Shown one piece after another: positions 50,853-63,229 of a DNA stretch of 64,000 nt. The DNA comes from Nemertoderma westbladi. Taxonomy: Eukaryota; Animalia; Xenacoelomorpha. The position numbers and the translations under genes are program-made. The notes below the pieces were generated by a model. The model had not been told where the DNA came from. It made no database searches and saw nothing but the letters and a program-made list of their open reading frames with translations. Numbering within the stretch: position 1 is the stretch's first letter; each line of letters starts with the position of its first letter. Location of the stretch: NCBI GenBank assembly GCA_032718475.1, contig JAUCBJ010002167.1:14877-78876 (forward strand), given 5' to 3'.

Positions 50853-53229
50853 AAAAGTTAACACATACACAATAATTCAAATAGATATTAAATATATAAT
50901 TAATATAGTAAATAGTAATAACTGGCCAATAAAAGCCACCCCCCCCCCCCCCCACCCCCCTATCTGGGCGATTTGGTAGTGCGAAATTAATTCCATACAA
51001 ATAAAATAAATAATATTAGTACTGTACCACCTACCTTGCATAATTGACATAAAGAAAGACCACTACAATTTTAATAATTGAATTCAACCCGATCTAACAT
51101 CTAGGAATTTATCTTTATCTTTTGCCGAAACGCAAATTTTTGCCGAAACGCAACTTTTTTGCCGAATCGCGACTTTTTGCCGAATCGAGACTTTTTATGC
51201 CGAAACGCATCTTTTTTACCGAAAGGCAACTTTTTTGCCGAATCGCGACTGTTTCCGAAACGCGACAGTTTCCGAAACGCGTTGTAACCCTACCGATACA
51301 TCGCAGCAAATAGAAGAGGTACTAAATGTGTTTCCGCATTTAGAGCCCAACTTGGACTGTTGGACTGCCATAGAGCAGCACAGGCCCTGCTGCTGTCCGA
51401 AATAAACTTACCTTAAGATAAGGTATGATTCCATGTGATTTCCTACGGAAGCCCATAACGGCCATGCGACGCATTATTTAATCTCCGACATGATGCGTTA
51501 TACAATGAAATTAATACACAGAATCATGTAATATTAGTACATTAGACTTTTATTTACGGTGCCCACCACACCAATTACTTTTGTAGGTTTGTCAACTTGT
51601 TTAATAAATTAATAAAATATTTAAGTTCGTACATAAAAAAAACTTAATGATTGATTTGAATGCATCAACCTTGCCTGCACAGAGGGGACCCTAAAGCGAG
51701 CTAGCACGTTATTGGACTACGCTGTTTCGTCAGAAACAGTGAAATCGAACGAGAGAAAGCCGCCCCAATATCAGATTATTACAACAACATATCCATTGGG
51801 TAAGAAAGTGGAGGAGAGCTCTCTTAATTTTTTACTTTATATTACGCGATCAATTTTCACTCATCTCGTCATGAACCCAACATGTATGTAACCTTTTGTT
51901 AAATTTGTTGGCTATGCGTTTGCGGTTGTTTGGGCGGAGTGTGGTAGGCCTACACTTTTCACACTTAAATATTTTGGTTGTGAAATGTTACAGGGCATAG
52001 CGATCTGAGATATTTCATTTATATTTTATTATGAGAGGAAGAAGAACATACAACGTTATTTACTATATATGTAACAAAATAATTGTTTTCGGGTTTAACT
52101 TGGAAGCCTCCCCAAATAGTTGATATACAATTATATTTAAAATTATTTCCATGGTCATGGTCATTCACCCGTCTTTAGTTAGAAATTTGTTTGCATGAAA
52201 TACAGTTTAGTTTAGTTTTTACTGATTTATTATCTCTTATCTGACTGGGGTAATAATAAGGATAGGATAAATGGAAGCAAAGTGTGACAGTAACAAATAT
52301 TTCCCCGTCACCCTAGCATGTCTTAAATATATGATATATCAAAGGGGGAAGTTTGGATTCACTGCATAAATGCAGTTCACCAAACTTCCCCCGAATGCAC
52401 ACTGTAACTTCCCCCTTCCCCCAAATATCCACTGTTGAATTAATTTGAAGCGATATAATAAGTACAAAATTGTGCGAGTTTTTAATTGTGTGGTCCAATT
52501 GTTATTTGATTTCTATTTATTATTTAAAGTGCATTTAATATCACACTGGTTTTTAGAATATTATACTATACAACCTTATGTTTTATTAATTTACCCAATC
52601 GAAGCCTCATAAGGGCCGGTTATTTGTACGCATATCCCCTAATGCGCTCAGTAAGGTTCAAACAACATATTAATATGAAAATAAAGTATCTGCAAAGAAA
52701 AGAACCCAATACTATATAATTTGACCTTATTAAAAAATTTGCACTTTTGCACACTTATTTGTACAAATGCACTTTAGCAGATCGTAATGGTGGCTCTTAT
52801 TTAACAAACTTATGTTTATCCTCTACCGATCTACGATGGTGTATGATCAAGTGTCAGTCGCTAAAAGTGTCAAAAATCCAATTTAATAAATCTGGATTTG
52901 CGATTTTGGACCATATTCATGGACATTTTAAAGTCACTTTATAGACATAAAAAGTTAAACATATGTTACGATTATAGTTAGAAATCATTCCAAACTACAT
53001 TTTAATCCAAAAAATAATATTCTACGATGAATAGAACTGGAAATAACAGTGTTTGAAATATCGAAAAAAATTTCACTATTTAAGTGCATTTTGCACTAAG
53101 TGCACATAAGTCTTTTCCCAAGTTGTATCATATTTCACACACTACAATCTATCCTCTATCCAATGAAAAAAGTTTCAGATTAAGTTATTGATGTTTAAAA
53201 ATAGTCACTCGAAAATTTCAAATTCTCTT

Positions 53230-53305
53230 GGTCACATAGTCTAGTAGTGGTTATCAATCACGTTAATGAAACCTAAGTTCGCGGGTTCGAAATCCAATAT
53301 TGACC
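53230..53305 (+). pseudogene. tRNA-like relic (tRNA-derived sequence), not a credible functional tRNA
   Basis: 76 nt, GGTCA...TGACC ends, A-box-like TAGTCTAGTAGTGG and B-box-like GGTTCGAAATCC. The anticodon stem is not intact. Confidence 0.4.
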
Positions 53306-54866
53306 TGACCATTCTTAATTTTTTTGCAAAAAAAATTATTTTTATTTTTTCACTAAAATCGCTCTAACTTCGGTTCTGGTGGTCCAAATTCAATAAAATT
53401 GGTATATTCTTTGCCGTAATTTTTTTCTTAATCTTTTGAGAAGGGGTTATTTTTGGCCCCAAAAAAATTAAAAAAAAGGGCCAAAATAAAGCGATATTTT
53501 TCGACCCTTAAAATTCGTAATTTTAATTATATATGTTAAGATAAAAGATAGCGGAGTTAATTTGATACTTTTTACAGGTACTTTTGGCGCAACACGCTAA
53601 ATTATAATGGAATAGCGATTTGTTAAAAAAAAAATTTTCGTCCCTTTTTATAAATATTATATTTCACACGATCGCCTGCCGCTCCAGTTTTATAATACCT
53701 CCGGCGCTGTGATTAACGCTGTTAGATAGATAATTTAACGCACTATAAGTCTGTGTAAACAAATCTCCCGTAAGTTAAGTAGTTTTCGAGCTAGACGATT
53801 TCCCGCGAAGCAAGTTTGAAGCGCGAAATTATAATTTTGGCCCTCATTTTTTTAATATCATCCTTGGAGCAAAACCGATAGCATATTTGAATTCCCCGTA
53901 TGGATATTGACTGTATAGAATGTACCTTAACCAACTAAAGTTAAAAAAAAAAATTATTCGATAAAAACTACTTTACAAATTCTGGCCCTTTTTGGCCCCT
54001 ATTGCCGACATATTTTTTGTACCCCCATTCGATAGGAACGTAGCCCCAATGGTCTTCTACGAGTTTCATAAAAGAATAAGTGGATTCCTACCCGCGTTGT
54101 CGAATTAAACATTTCGGAAATAAGTTTTCCAAAAAAGACGGACAAAAACGTACAAATTTACAGCCCCTTTTTCCACCCGAAATTTTAATAAATATCTTAC
54201 CCCCATTCGATACGAAGGTAGTACCACTCTTCCCCATTCCAACCGCGTTACTTTCGTCCCCGTACGATTAATATTAGCCGAGTTATAGCGGATCCCGCAA
54301 AGTCATTTTGTCAGTTTTTTCAACTTTGACGGACATTTTCGGAAAAAAGGCGTGGTAATCTTTTTTGAAAAAAAAAAACGAATTCACTAATTAATCCCTT
54401 CTATCGTATCCCGGCGTCGGCTAAACAATAACCTAGGGTTTTTTCGAGCCACTGTAGAGCGCCTTTCAAAAAAATTTTAAAATTGTCGAAAAAATGACGG
54501 ATTTTTGTCCGCCGTGTCCGTCGAAGGGTTAGATTTAATAATGTTAGAGTTGCTAATATCTTAGAATTCCGAGCCGCTCCCCTGGTGAGAAAATAAAAAA
54601 ATTTGGTCTGTTCCTTCATCGAAAAGTCCCCCAGAATCCCAAGTTAACCTATATAGTTAGCGATGGCCTGCGGCTTTAGGAGCGGCCGCGGTATTCACCT
54701 CCCTCATAGCGGCCGCGGCGGTGTTGCGTCAAATGGAGAAATATTTATCCCACCAAGAGTCTTAAATTTAGTAATATAAATGTTAAAGATATGAAACCCA
54801 GTGAAATACATAATAATAAATACGTAGCAGTATTTTTTTATTGAGAAACATAATAATAAAATATTT

Positions 54867-56387
54867 TTCATAGGCATGCACAGCACAATCACAAATCATA
54901 AGGAATAATGTACAGAAACTAGAACACGAGTGCATTCAAAAGTATGTATATTATTCATAGGCATGCACAGCACAATCACAAATCATAAGGAATAATGTAC
55001 TGAAACTAGAACACGAGTGCATTCAAAAGTATGTATATTATTCATAGGCATGCACAGCACAATCACAAATCATAAGGAATAATGTACTGAAACTAGAACA
55101 CGAGTGCATTCAAAAGTATGTATATTATTCATAGGCATGCACAGCACAATCACAAATCATAAGGAATAATGTACTGAAACTAGAACACGAGTGCATTCAA
55201 AAGTATGTATATTATTCATAGGCATGCACAGCACAATCACAAATCATAAGGAATAATGTACTGAAACTAGAACACGAGTGCATTCAAAAGTATGTATATT
55301 ATTCATAGGCATGCACAGCACAATCACAAATCATAAGGAATAATGTACTGAAACTAGAACACGAGTGCATTCAAAAGTATGTATATTATTCATAGGCATG
55401 CACAGCACAATCACAAATCATAAGGAATAATGTACTGAAACTAGAACACGAGTGCATTCAAAAGTATGTATATTATTCATAGGCATGCACAGCACAATCA
55501 CAAATCATAAGGAATAATGTACTGAAACTAGAACACGAGTGCATTCAAAAGTATGTATATTATTCATAGGCATGCACAGCACAATCACAAATCATAAGGA
55601 ATAATGTACTGAAACTAGAACACGAGTGCATTCAAAAGTATGTATATTATTCATAGGCATGCACAGCACAATCACAAATCATAAGGAATAATGTACTGAA
55701 ACTAGAACACGAGTGCATTCAAAAGTATGTATATTATTCATAGGCATGCACAGCACAATCACAAATCATAAGGAATAATGTACTGAAACTAGAACACGAG
55801 TGCATTCAAAAGTATGTATATTATTCATAGCCATGCACAGCACAATCACAAATCATAAGGAATAATGTACTGAAACTAGAACACGAGTGCATTCAAAAGT
55901 ATGTATATTATTCATAGGCATGCACAGCACAATCACAAATCATAAGGAATAATGTACTGAAACTAGAACACGAGTGCATTCAAAAGTATGTATATTATTC
56001 ATAGGCATGCACAGCACAATCACAAATCATAAGGAATAATGTACTGAAACTAGAACACGAGTGCATTCAAAAGTATGTATATTATTCATAGCCATGCACA
56101 GCACAATCACAAATCATAAGGAATAATGTACTGAAACTAGAACACGAGTGCATTCAAAAGTATGTATATTATTCATAGGCATGCACAGCACAATCACAAA
56201 TCATAAGGAATAATGTACTGAAACTAGAACACGAGTGCATTCAAAAGTATGTATATTATTCATAGGCATGCACAGCACAATCTCAAATCATAAGGAATAA
56301 TGTACTGAAACTAGAACACGAGTGCATTCAAAAGTATGTATATTATTCATAGGCATGCACAGCACAATCACAAAAGTATGTATATTA
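54867..56387. repeat. 87-bp satellite, 17 near-identical units plus a partial unit
   Basis: ttcataggca recurs at 54867, 55041, 55911 and 56346 (multiples of 87). Confidence 0.97.
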
Positions 56388-56812
56388 TAATGTCCAATAT
56401 ATTCAAAAATGGGATAAACAACAATAATAATTAGTATGTGATAGTATTAATCACCGCAGACTTGTATTACTTGATGTATATTGTCCTACTGTACCTATAA
56501 AACCTACCACCGGTAATTAACTGTAGGCCTCCCTGTCTTTGCTACCGTCGAATTTTTGTATTCTTAAATTTGTATTTTTATTAGATTTTTTTGTTTTACA
56601 GTATATTGTCTGAAGGAGTTCCTTTATATTAAAAGGTTTTTTCCCGTTACGCTAGTATTATTATTCTTATTTAAACTTGATATATTTTTATTCGCATAAC
56701 AACCCTAAATTAGTATTTCCATAAAACAAAACATTCATATCATCAAAATTCAAATTGCAAAATTTATTACTTAAGTTTCTACGTAGTGGTTAAAGGACAG
56801 AAAATTAATACG

Positions 56813-57808
56813 TGGGGTTCACTTTGTACAGAAACTTTGTCGCACACTCACACACACGTTGATCTGGGGGGGTTCACTTTGTACAGAAACTTTGTCGCAC
56901 ACTCACACACACCCGTTGATCCGTTGGGGTTCACTTTGTACAGAAACTTTGTCGCACACTCACACACACGTTGATCTGGGGGGGTTTACTTTGTACAGAA
57001 ACTTTGTCGCACACTCACACACACCCGTTGATCCATTGGGGTTCACTTTGTACAGAAACTTTGTCGCACACTCACACACCCGTTGATCCATTGGGGTTCA
57101 CTTTGTACAGAAACTTTGTCGCACACTCACACACACCCGTTGATCCGTTGGGGTTCACTTTGTACAGAAACTTTGTCGCACACTCACACACACCCGTTGA
57201 TCCGTTGGGGTTCACTTTGTACAGAAACTTTGTCGCACACTCACACACCCGTTGATCCATTGGGGTTCACTTTGTACAGAAACTTTGTCGCACACTCACA
57301 CACACCCGTTGATCCGTTGGGGTTCACTTTGTACAGAAACTTTGTCGCACACTCACACACACCCGTTGATCCGTTGGGGTTCACTTTGTACAGAAACTTT
57401 GTCGCACACTCACACACACCCGTTGATCCGTTGGGGTTCACTTTGTACAGAAACTTTGTCGCACACTCACACACCCGTTGATCCATTGTGGTTCACTTTG
57501 TACAGAAACTTTGTCGCACACTCACACACACCCGTTGATCCGTTGGGGTTCACTTTGTACAGAAACTTTGTCGCACACTCACACACCCGTTGATCCATTG
57601 TGGTTCACTTTGTACAGAAACTTTGTCGCACACTCACACACACCCGTTGATCCGTTGGGGTTCACTTTGTACAGAAACTTTGTCGCACACTCACACACAC
57701 CCGTTGATCCGTTGGGGTTCACTTTGTACAGAAACTTTGTCGCACACTCACACACCCCGCTCGGTTGGGGTTCACTTTGTACAGAAACTTTGTTGCACAC
57801 TCACACAC
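56813..57808. repeat. 55/57-bp satellite, ~18 units
   Basis: ggggttcactttgtacagaaactttgtcgcacact(ca)n ccgttgatcc. Unit length varies with the CA count. Confidence 0.95.
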
Positions 57809-57829
57809 CTACCGGCAAACCACTCGAAA

Positions 57830-58125
57830 CGCTAACGTGCTCTTTTTCGTCCAAAGTGCTAACTGTTCCAGACGCATGCAAATCAACTATACACCTAACT
57901 AACAAATTCTCTGGAAGGTCGCTAGAGTACAAGGGTGGTAAAGACTACACATATACCATAGCCCTAACTGCATTGTCTATTAATGTTGTGCTAACTGCAA
58001 ACCTGAACAGTATTACTATACACCTAACTGCAAGGTCTAATTAATGTTGTGCTAACTGCAAACCCGAACAGTATTATTATACACCTAACTGCATGGTTTA
58101 TTCATGTTGTAAGCCTACTAACTAA
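57830..58125. repeat. Degenerate ctaactgca-containing short repeats
   Basis: ctaactgca recurs about every 30-35 bp, with a ~60-bp duplicated block. Confidence 0.6.
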
Positions 58126-59355
58126 GTGTTTAAACAGGATCAAACATTTCAGCATTTCTGTAATTCGTCTCGTGATCCTTATTTTGGCATTCGGCCAATT
58201 CGGCATTCGTGGGACCATGGAGCCCATAGGATACCCGAAGGATAATTGAAGAGATAACAAAAAAGAAAGATAGGCATCTGGCTGTTATCTTTGTTGACTT
58301 TTTCAAGGCCTTTGATTCAGTCTCTCTCTCACGTATGTTCAGCATACTTTCATTATATGGGATTCCTGATGAAATTATTGCAGCAATCAGATCAGTATAC
58401 GATGGTTCGACAATATTTGTCTCTACTGTTGACGGTGACAGAGAACCATTTGAAGTGTAATGGGACGTCCTCCGGGGAGACACACTTGCACCATTCTTGT
58501 TCATAATTGTGGTTGACTATGTTCTACGCACGTCCTTAGATCATCATAATGATGATGGGGTGATGATAACTCCACCTACTGGCTCCAAAAGTCGAGGAAA
58601 TCCTGCCAAGTACCTAACTGATCTAGACTTTGCTGATGACTTAGGAGTACTCTCAGAATCACTAGAGGGAGCCCAACGGCTCCTCAGCTCATTAGAACAT
58701 GCTGCTTCTAGTGTTGGTCTTTTTATTAACTCCAGAAAGACCAAAATTTTGACAGTTAACTTTGAAAGTCCTCAGCAAGTCTCTGATCGGATGAGCATAA
58801 GCTCAAAGGATGGTATGCTTGAGCATCTGGACGACTTATGTTACCTGGGATCATGGATCCGGAAGTCAGATGAGGACCTTCGAATACGTAAGGGAAAGCA
58901 TTGGGCAGCCTTGAATAAGCTTTGCAGGATTTGGAAGTCACCGAGAATTAATCGGAAACTTAAGGTCCGATTATTTAGAGCAGCAGTAGTTCCAGTACCT
59001 CTCTATGAGAGTCCATGTTGGGCTCTAACTGCTGAGGACACCAAATCTCTGGATGGCACATTCACAAGAATGCTACGCCGGGTACATTGTGTCAAGTACA
59101 ATGCACACATCTCCAACCAGACACTATATAACATTGGAGGTGTCTCTTTGGTTCCCCCAAGCTTGACACTAGAACAAAATCGCCTCCGCTTTACAGGACA
59201 TTGCTTTCGCCGTGAGGACCAGCCAGTGCATAAACTTATACTTTGGTAGCCTCATGGACTGAATAAGCATGGTGGACAGCCCATGACTTTCTTGAGACGC
59301 ATCTTAAAGGACACTGGCCTTGAAGAAGCGGATGATCTAGCAAATGTCATGGGTG
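58125..59355 (+). mobile_element. RTE-clade LINE, copy 3 (truncated at both ends)
   Basis: FVDFFKAFDS upstream and ORF 58497..59249 with DLDFADD; nearly co-linear with copies 1 and 2. The 3' end is cut at 59355. Confidence 0.92.
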
Positions 59356-59960
59356 CAGGGTTGATAAAAATCATGATTTTTTTTTTAATCAAAAAAATCA
59401 GATTTTTTTTATTTAAATCAGATTTATTTGATTTAAATCAGATTTTTTTCATTTAAATCGGGTGACTAAAAAGCAAAGACCCAAATAACAAAGACTTGTA
59501 TGAAACACATGTGTTAACTTTCGTTTATTGTTTTGGTTCCCCAAACACGCCTTTGTAACCTGCTCCTTTACTAAACTGCTCCTGTAAATGGCAATGGGAC
59601 CTAACGCTATATGGCAATGGGACCTAATCCCCTTTAGGACGTAACGCGACTTTATATCTTTGTTTTGTACAGGTGCCAAAGAGCGTTAGGTTACATTGCA
59701 TTTAAAGGAACAGGTTAGTAAAGGAGCATGTTACAGAGGCTTGTTGGGGGAACCAAAACAATGAACGAAAGTTAACACATGTTAAAAAGATGATGCAGGT
59801 CTTTATTATTTAGGTCTTTTGTCTTTGTTTTGTAGTCACCCATTTAAATCACTTTTTTCTTATTTAAATCAGATTTTTTTATTTAAATCAGATTTTTTTA
59901 TTTAAATCAGATTTTTTTATTTAAATCAGATTTTTTTATTTAAATCAGATTTTATATTTA
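59356..59960. mobile_element. hAT-like MITE end with atttaaatcagattttttt subterminal repeats
   Basis: Begins CAGGGTTG exactly where RTE homology stops. The other terminus was not found. Confidence 0.55.
59460..59841. mobile_element. MULE-type MITE, nearly palindromic, 9-bp TSD
   Basis: GGGTGACT...AGTCACCC ends, ATTTAAATC at 59451-59459 and 59842-59850, and ~140-bp imperfect arms. Confidence 0.85.
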
Positions 59961-61046
59961 AACAAACGGAAGACTTCTGGCTTCATCAATGCACTAATGT
60001 TTAAAAAAAACCGATAAACCGGGATCCCAGCGAAATATCGAATTCCGATTCCGACTTTTTTGAAACGGGATCCCGAAGTTTAAATGGTTAAATAAATTTG
60101 TTGAACATCTAAAAAAAAGTTCCAGCAGAACGGAAATGTTTTGATTATATCTAATTTTTATGTTAGTAAACCATCCAGTAATCAAATGCAAAATAATTTT
60201 AATAAAACTTTTTCTTACTAATATTTCAGAAGTGTAAAATAAAGTGAGTGTTTACTGAAAACCTGCGTCATATACTATTAACTTTGATGAATTTAATCCA
60301 AAATTGCAATACCGATCCCGTAAAACGGGATCTCGAGAGGAATAATCCCGGTCCCGATCCCGGAAATCCCGAAAAGTCTGAATTCGAATATAAACTACAG
60401 TAAATAAACAACAAACTGAATAGAACTCTAAAGTACAACTTAATTAATGGGAGTAGTAGATAAAGCATGGCCCCCAACATAGTCCTCCCTAAGCCTGGGC
60501 TATGCACATTCCATTCGGAGGGCTATTAAAAAATGCCAAATTCCGGTGCTAAATTGCGGTGCGCGCCACATCTGTCACGTGTTTTCGCCACGTCACCACC
60601 ACCACCACCGCTGTATACTGTATATGATGACAACAACGACGACGTGGCCACCAACTACACGCATATACCCTCCCTCGATATTATATTATATTATATCGAT
60701 TGCCAACTCAACGATTTAGCCCCCGCTAGCTAGCGCTACTCCTCGACGGCTGTCACCAACCTCCTAGTATGATACATGAAATTCCATTCCGTTCCAGCTA
60801 CGCGTATACGAGCATTAGTGATTATTATTATTACGCAATAATTTTTGTTTAAACTGCATTTCCCTACCGGCTAATCAACCAATCAATAAACCGAATTTAG
60901 GCTATTTTTTCAGTTTAAGACCTGTATTATTTTTGAAAATATCTTATATATAATCTCTTGCTTTAATCACAATTAATCATTTGTAATGGTTTTAGTTTAA
61001 AAGTTTTTACTTTGTTTGTTTGATTTACAATAAAATAAATTAAATA

Positions 61047-61490
61047 ATGTCTTCTGATTCCGATATGGTTATGCCAATAGTAAGGCATTCATTTTTTGCA
61101 GAAGATGGTGAAGCCTATATTGTTATTGATTATACAATTTACCGTCGGGGAGATGATAAATATAAAATTGAGTTTTCTGAAAAAGCCAGGAAAGTTTTAA
61201 GCTCAATTGATATTGATGCTTCTGATAATAGTATTCATCTCTTAGATTACAACCTGAAAGTTGAGCATGAGGGAAAATTAAGCAACATCTTACTATTATC
61301 CATGATAGAGGGGTTAATTGTTATTACACAATACAACGAAGCTGGTGAAAAGTTTGAAATACAGCTAAATCGCCATAATCCCTACGAAATTATGTCTTTC
61401 TTTATTGTAATGATTTCAAAAGAATCCTTTGTCGAAACTGAAGAATCAACAGATAATGTTGAATATGTTGATAATATCATTGATTCTTGA
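61047..61490 (+). CDS. Uncharacterised Polinton terminal protein (147 aa)
   Basis: Aligns end to end by eye with 45955..46386. Confidence 0.8.
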   Translation: MSSDSDMVMPIVRHSFFAEDGEAYIVIDYTIYRRGDDKYKIEFSEKARKVLSSIDIDASDNSIHLLDYNLKVEHEGKLSNILLLSMIEGLIVITQYNEAGEKFEIQLNRHNPYEIMSFFIVMISKESFVETEESTDNVEYVDNIIDS

Positions 61491-61652
61491 CTTTTCCCCC
61501 TATATTATAAATATTTTATGATTATATATAAAATTTTGATGTTTTTAAATAATCGAAAATTGTAGTAGTATTTGTATATACAGTATAACAGTTTTGTTTG
61601 TTGTTGTTGTGTATTGTGGTAATTATTTTCAATTTACTTTAAAATTTGGAAA

Positions 61653-62105
61653 ATGGATATTTTAAATGAAAAATGTCCAGTTTGCTATTCTAAGTTATTG
61701 CAACAACATTGAGATTATTATAAATGTGAAAATAAACATGCAACTTGCGTACAATGTATTGTACAATATTCCGAAATGAATAATTATTGTTCTAAAATTT
61801 GTCCTATTTGTCGCGCACCCATATCTAAGTTTAATATAAAGTTGGCAAGATACCAACCCTATTATTGGAAAGAGCTTCGCAATATAACTTATATTTCTGC
61901 GGAAAGTAATGATCCAGGAGATTTATTTACAATATTGGAGAATATTTTTTATAGAAATGTAGTACGACGGTGTTGCTACTATATTCCTTATTTTTTTAGC
62001 AGCGAACATAAAAAAATCATTAGCGCGAAATTCTCGGGAAGTGATTTCCAAACCGCCGATGTTACCTATCATTATTTCGCGTATAAAGATGCTCACCATG
62101 CTTGA
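61653..62105 (+). pseudogene. C3HC4 RING-finger protein (putative E3 ligase) with one premature stop
   Basis: MDILNEKCPVC...H*DYYKCENKHATCVQC...CPICRAP. TGA at 61710-61712 is in frame with ORF 61776..62105. Confidence 0.8.
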
Positions 62106-62321
62106 AATTACATCAGTCTATACTATAATTGGAAATAGCACCTTTTGTTGCAGCGAGCGTCACATACTGTAGCGGCGTCATATGTTAATTAAATATACAG
62201 TACTCTAATATTGTAGTTACCTCAATTATTGTTATATACATAGTAATGGTGATGGTTTATTGATATTGATATTTATATTATATTATATTGTATTGTTGAT
62301 ATATCTTAATAATAATAATAA

Positions 62322-62921
62322 ATGGCTGACTTTAATTCAGGTCCATATAATTTAAACTTTCAAATGGGAACGAGTATGATAATTTCTGGGCCATCTGGTT
62401 CTGGAAAGTCAACCTTTGTAAGCAATTTAATTAAACACAAGAATGGTTGTTTCAACGAAGCCCCCTTGCGAGTATTGTATTGTTACGGGAGCAATCCCCC
62501 AACTATTCCGGGTATTACTCACCTTTACAAAGGTTTGCCAGAAAATATAGATAGTTTAGTGAATAGTCGAGATTTATTAATTATAGATGATTTATTAACA
62601 GAAACTGAGTCCAGTACAGCTTTAACTGTATTGTTTACTAAGGTAGCTCATCATTCCAATATATTTATTTGTTTTATAATGCAAAACATGTTTTACGGTG
62701 GGAAGCATAACCGCACAAGATCAATTAATAGCCATACTTTAGTATTAATGAAAAATCCGCGAGACAGTTTATCGGTTTTAAATTTCGCGAAGCAGATGTT
62801 ACCAGGGCAGACCAAATTTTTAGTTGATTCCTATCAAGATGCGACAATTGAACCATTTTCGCATTTGGCTCATTCCATGAAAAGGTCAACCTCCCCACTA
62901 ATTTCTAAAAATGAAATGTAG
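62322..62921 (+). CDS. Polinton/adintovirus genome-packaging ATPase (FtsK-HerA/A32-like), C-terminally truncated
   Basis: Walker A GPSGSGKST, Walker B LLIIDD, FIMQN, RTRSINSH and KNPRD. Homology appears to stop after EPFSHL. Confidence 0.9.
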   Translation: MADFNSGPYNLNFQMGTSMIISGPSGSGKSTFVSNLIKHKNGCFNEAPLRVLYCYGSNPPTIPGITHLYKGLPENIDSLVNSRDLLIIDDLLTETESSTALTVLFTKVAHHSNIFICFIMQNMFYGGKHNRTRSINSHTLVLMKNPRDSLSVLNFAKQMLPGQTKFLVDSYQDATIEPFSHLAHSMKRSTSPLISKNEM

Positions 62922-63229
62922 CTTTGAATTTATACTTATTTTAGGTTAAAATTTATCGTACTTCATGAATTCAGTGCTAAAAATTGTATCAACACAGGTG
63001 GTTTATCAAAAATAGTCGAATTACAAATTATGCACCTGCTCTGCACAAAATGTGAATAAAAGTGTGCAAAAGTTTCGTTTCCTGTAGGCACTTCCTATGA
63101 CCAATAAATTAACATTTCTGAGCATGTATCAAATCAAAAACAAACCCATTTTCAAATTTTTTTGGTTTTATTTAATTTCACCAGTGTTTCGTTCCTCTGT
63201 AATGAAATCGATAAAGTTAATCTTGTGAT

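Larger units (their letters stand above)
49739..51289. mobile_element. Non-autonomous foldback-type DNA transposon (MULE- or Merlin-like) with subterminal repeat arrays
   Basis: GG...CC ends. About ten gcg(t/a)ttcggcaa units at 49745-49925 are mirrored at 51120-51280. 8-bp TSD CTCCCGAT/CTACCGAT at 49731-49738 and 51290-51297. Confidence 0.8.
60452..62868 (+). mobile_element. Second Polinton/adintovirus-like element, left-end fragment
   Basis: Starts AGTAGT at 60452, followed by intronless AT-rich genes: homolog of 45955..46386, RING finger, packaging ATPase. Truncated near 62868. Confidence 0.8.

Noticed and set aside
54867-57808. Regular arrays resembling CRISPR
   Set aside because: Units are identical end to end with no unique spacers, there are no cas genes, and the context is eukaryotic.
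56786-58044. Multiple ORFs with FTLYRNFVAHSHTP repeats
   Set aside because: Artefacts of translating the 55/57-bp satellite; frames shift with unit length.
62317-62324. TAAATG at the ATPase start resembling a poxvirus late promoter
   Set aside because: Too short in very AT-rich DNA, and not exactly shared by the adjacent genes.
62867-62900. GGCTCATTCCATG as the terminus of a DNA transposon truncating the ATPase
   Set aside because: Plausible, but no matching second terminus or TSD lies in the window, so the superfamily cannot be supported.
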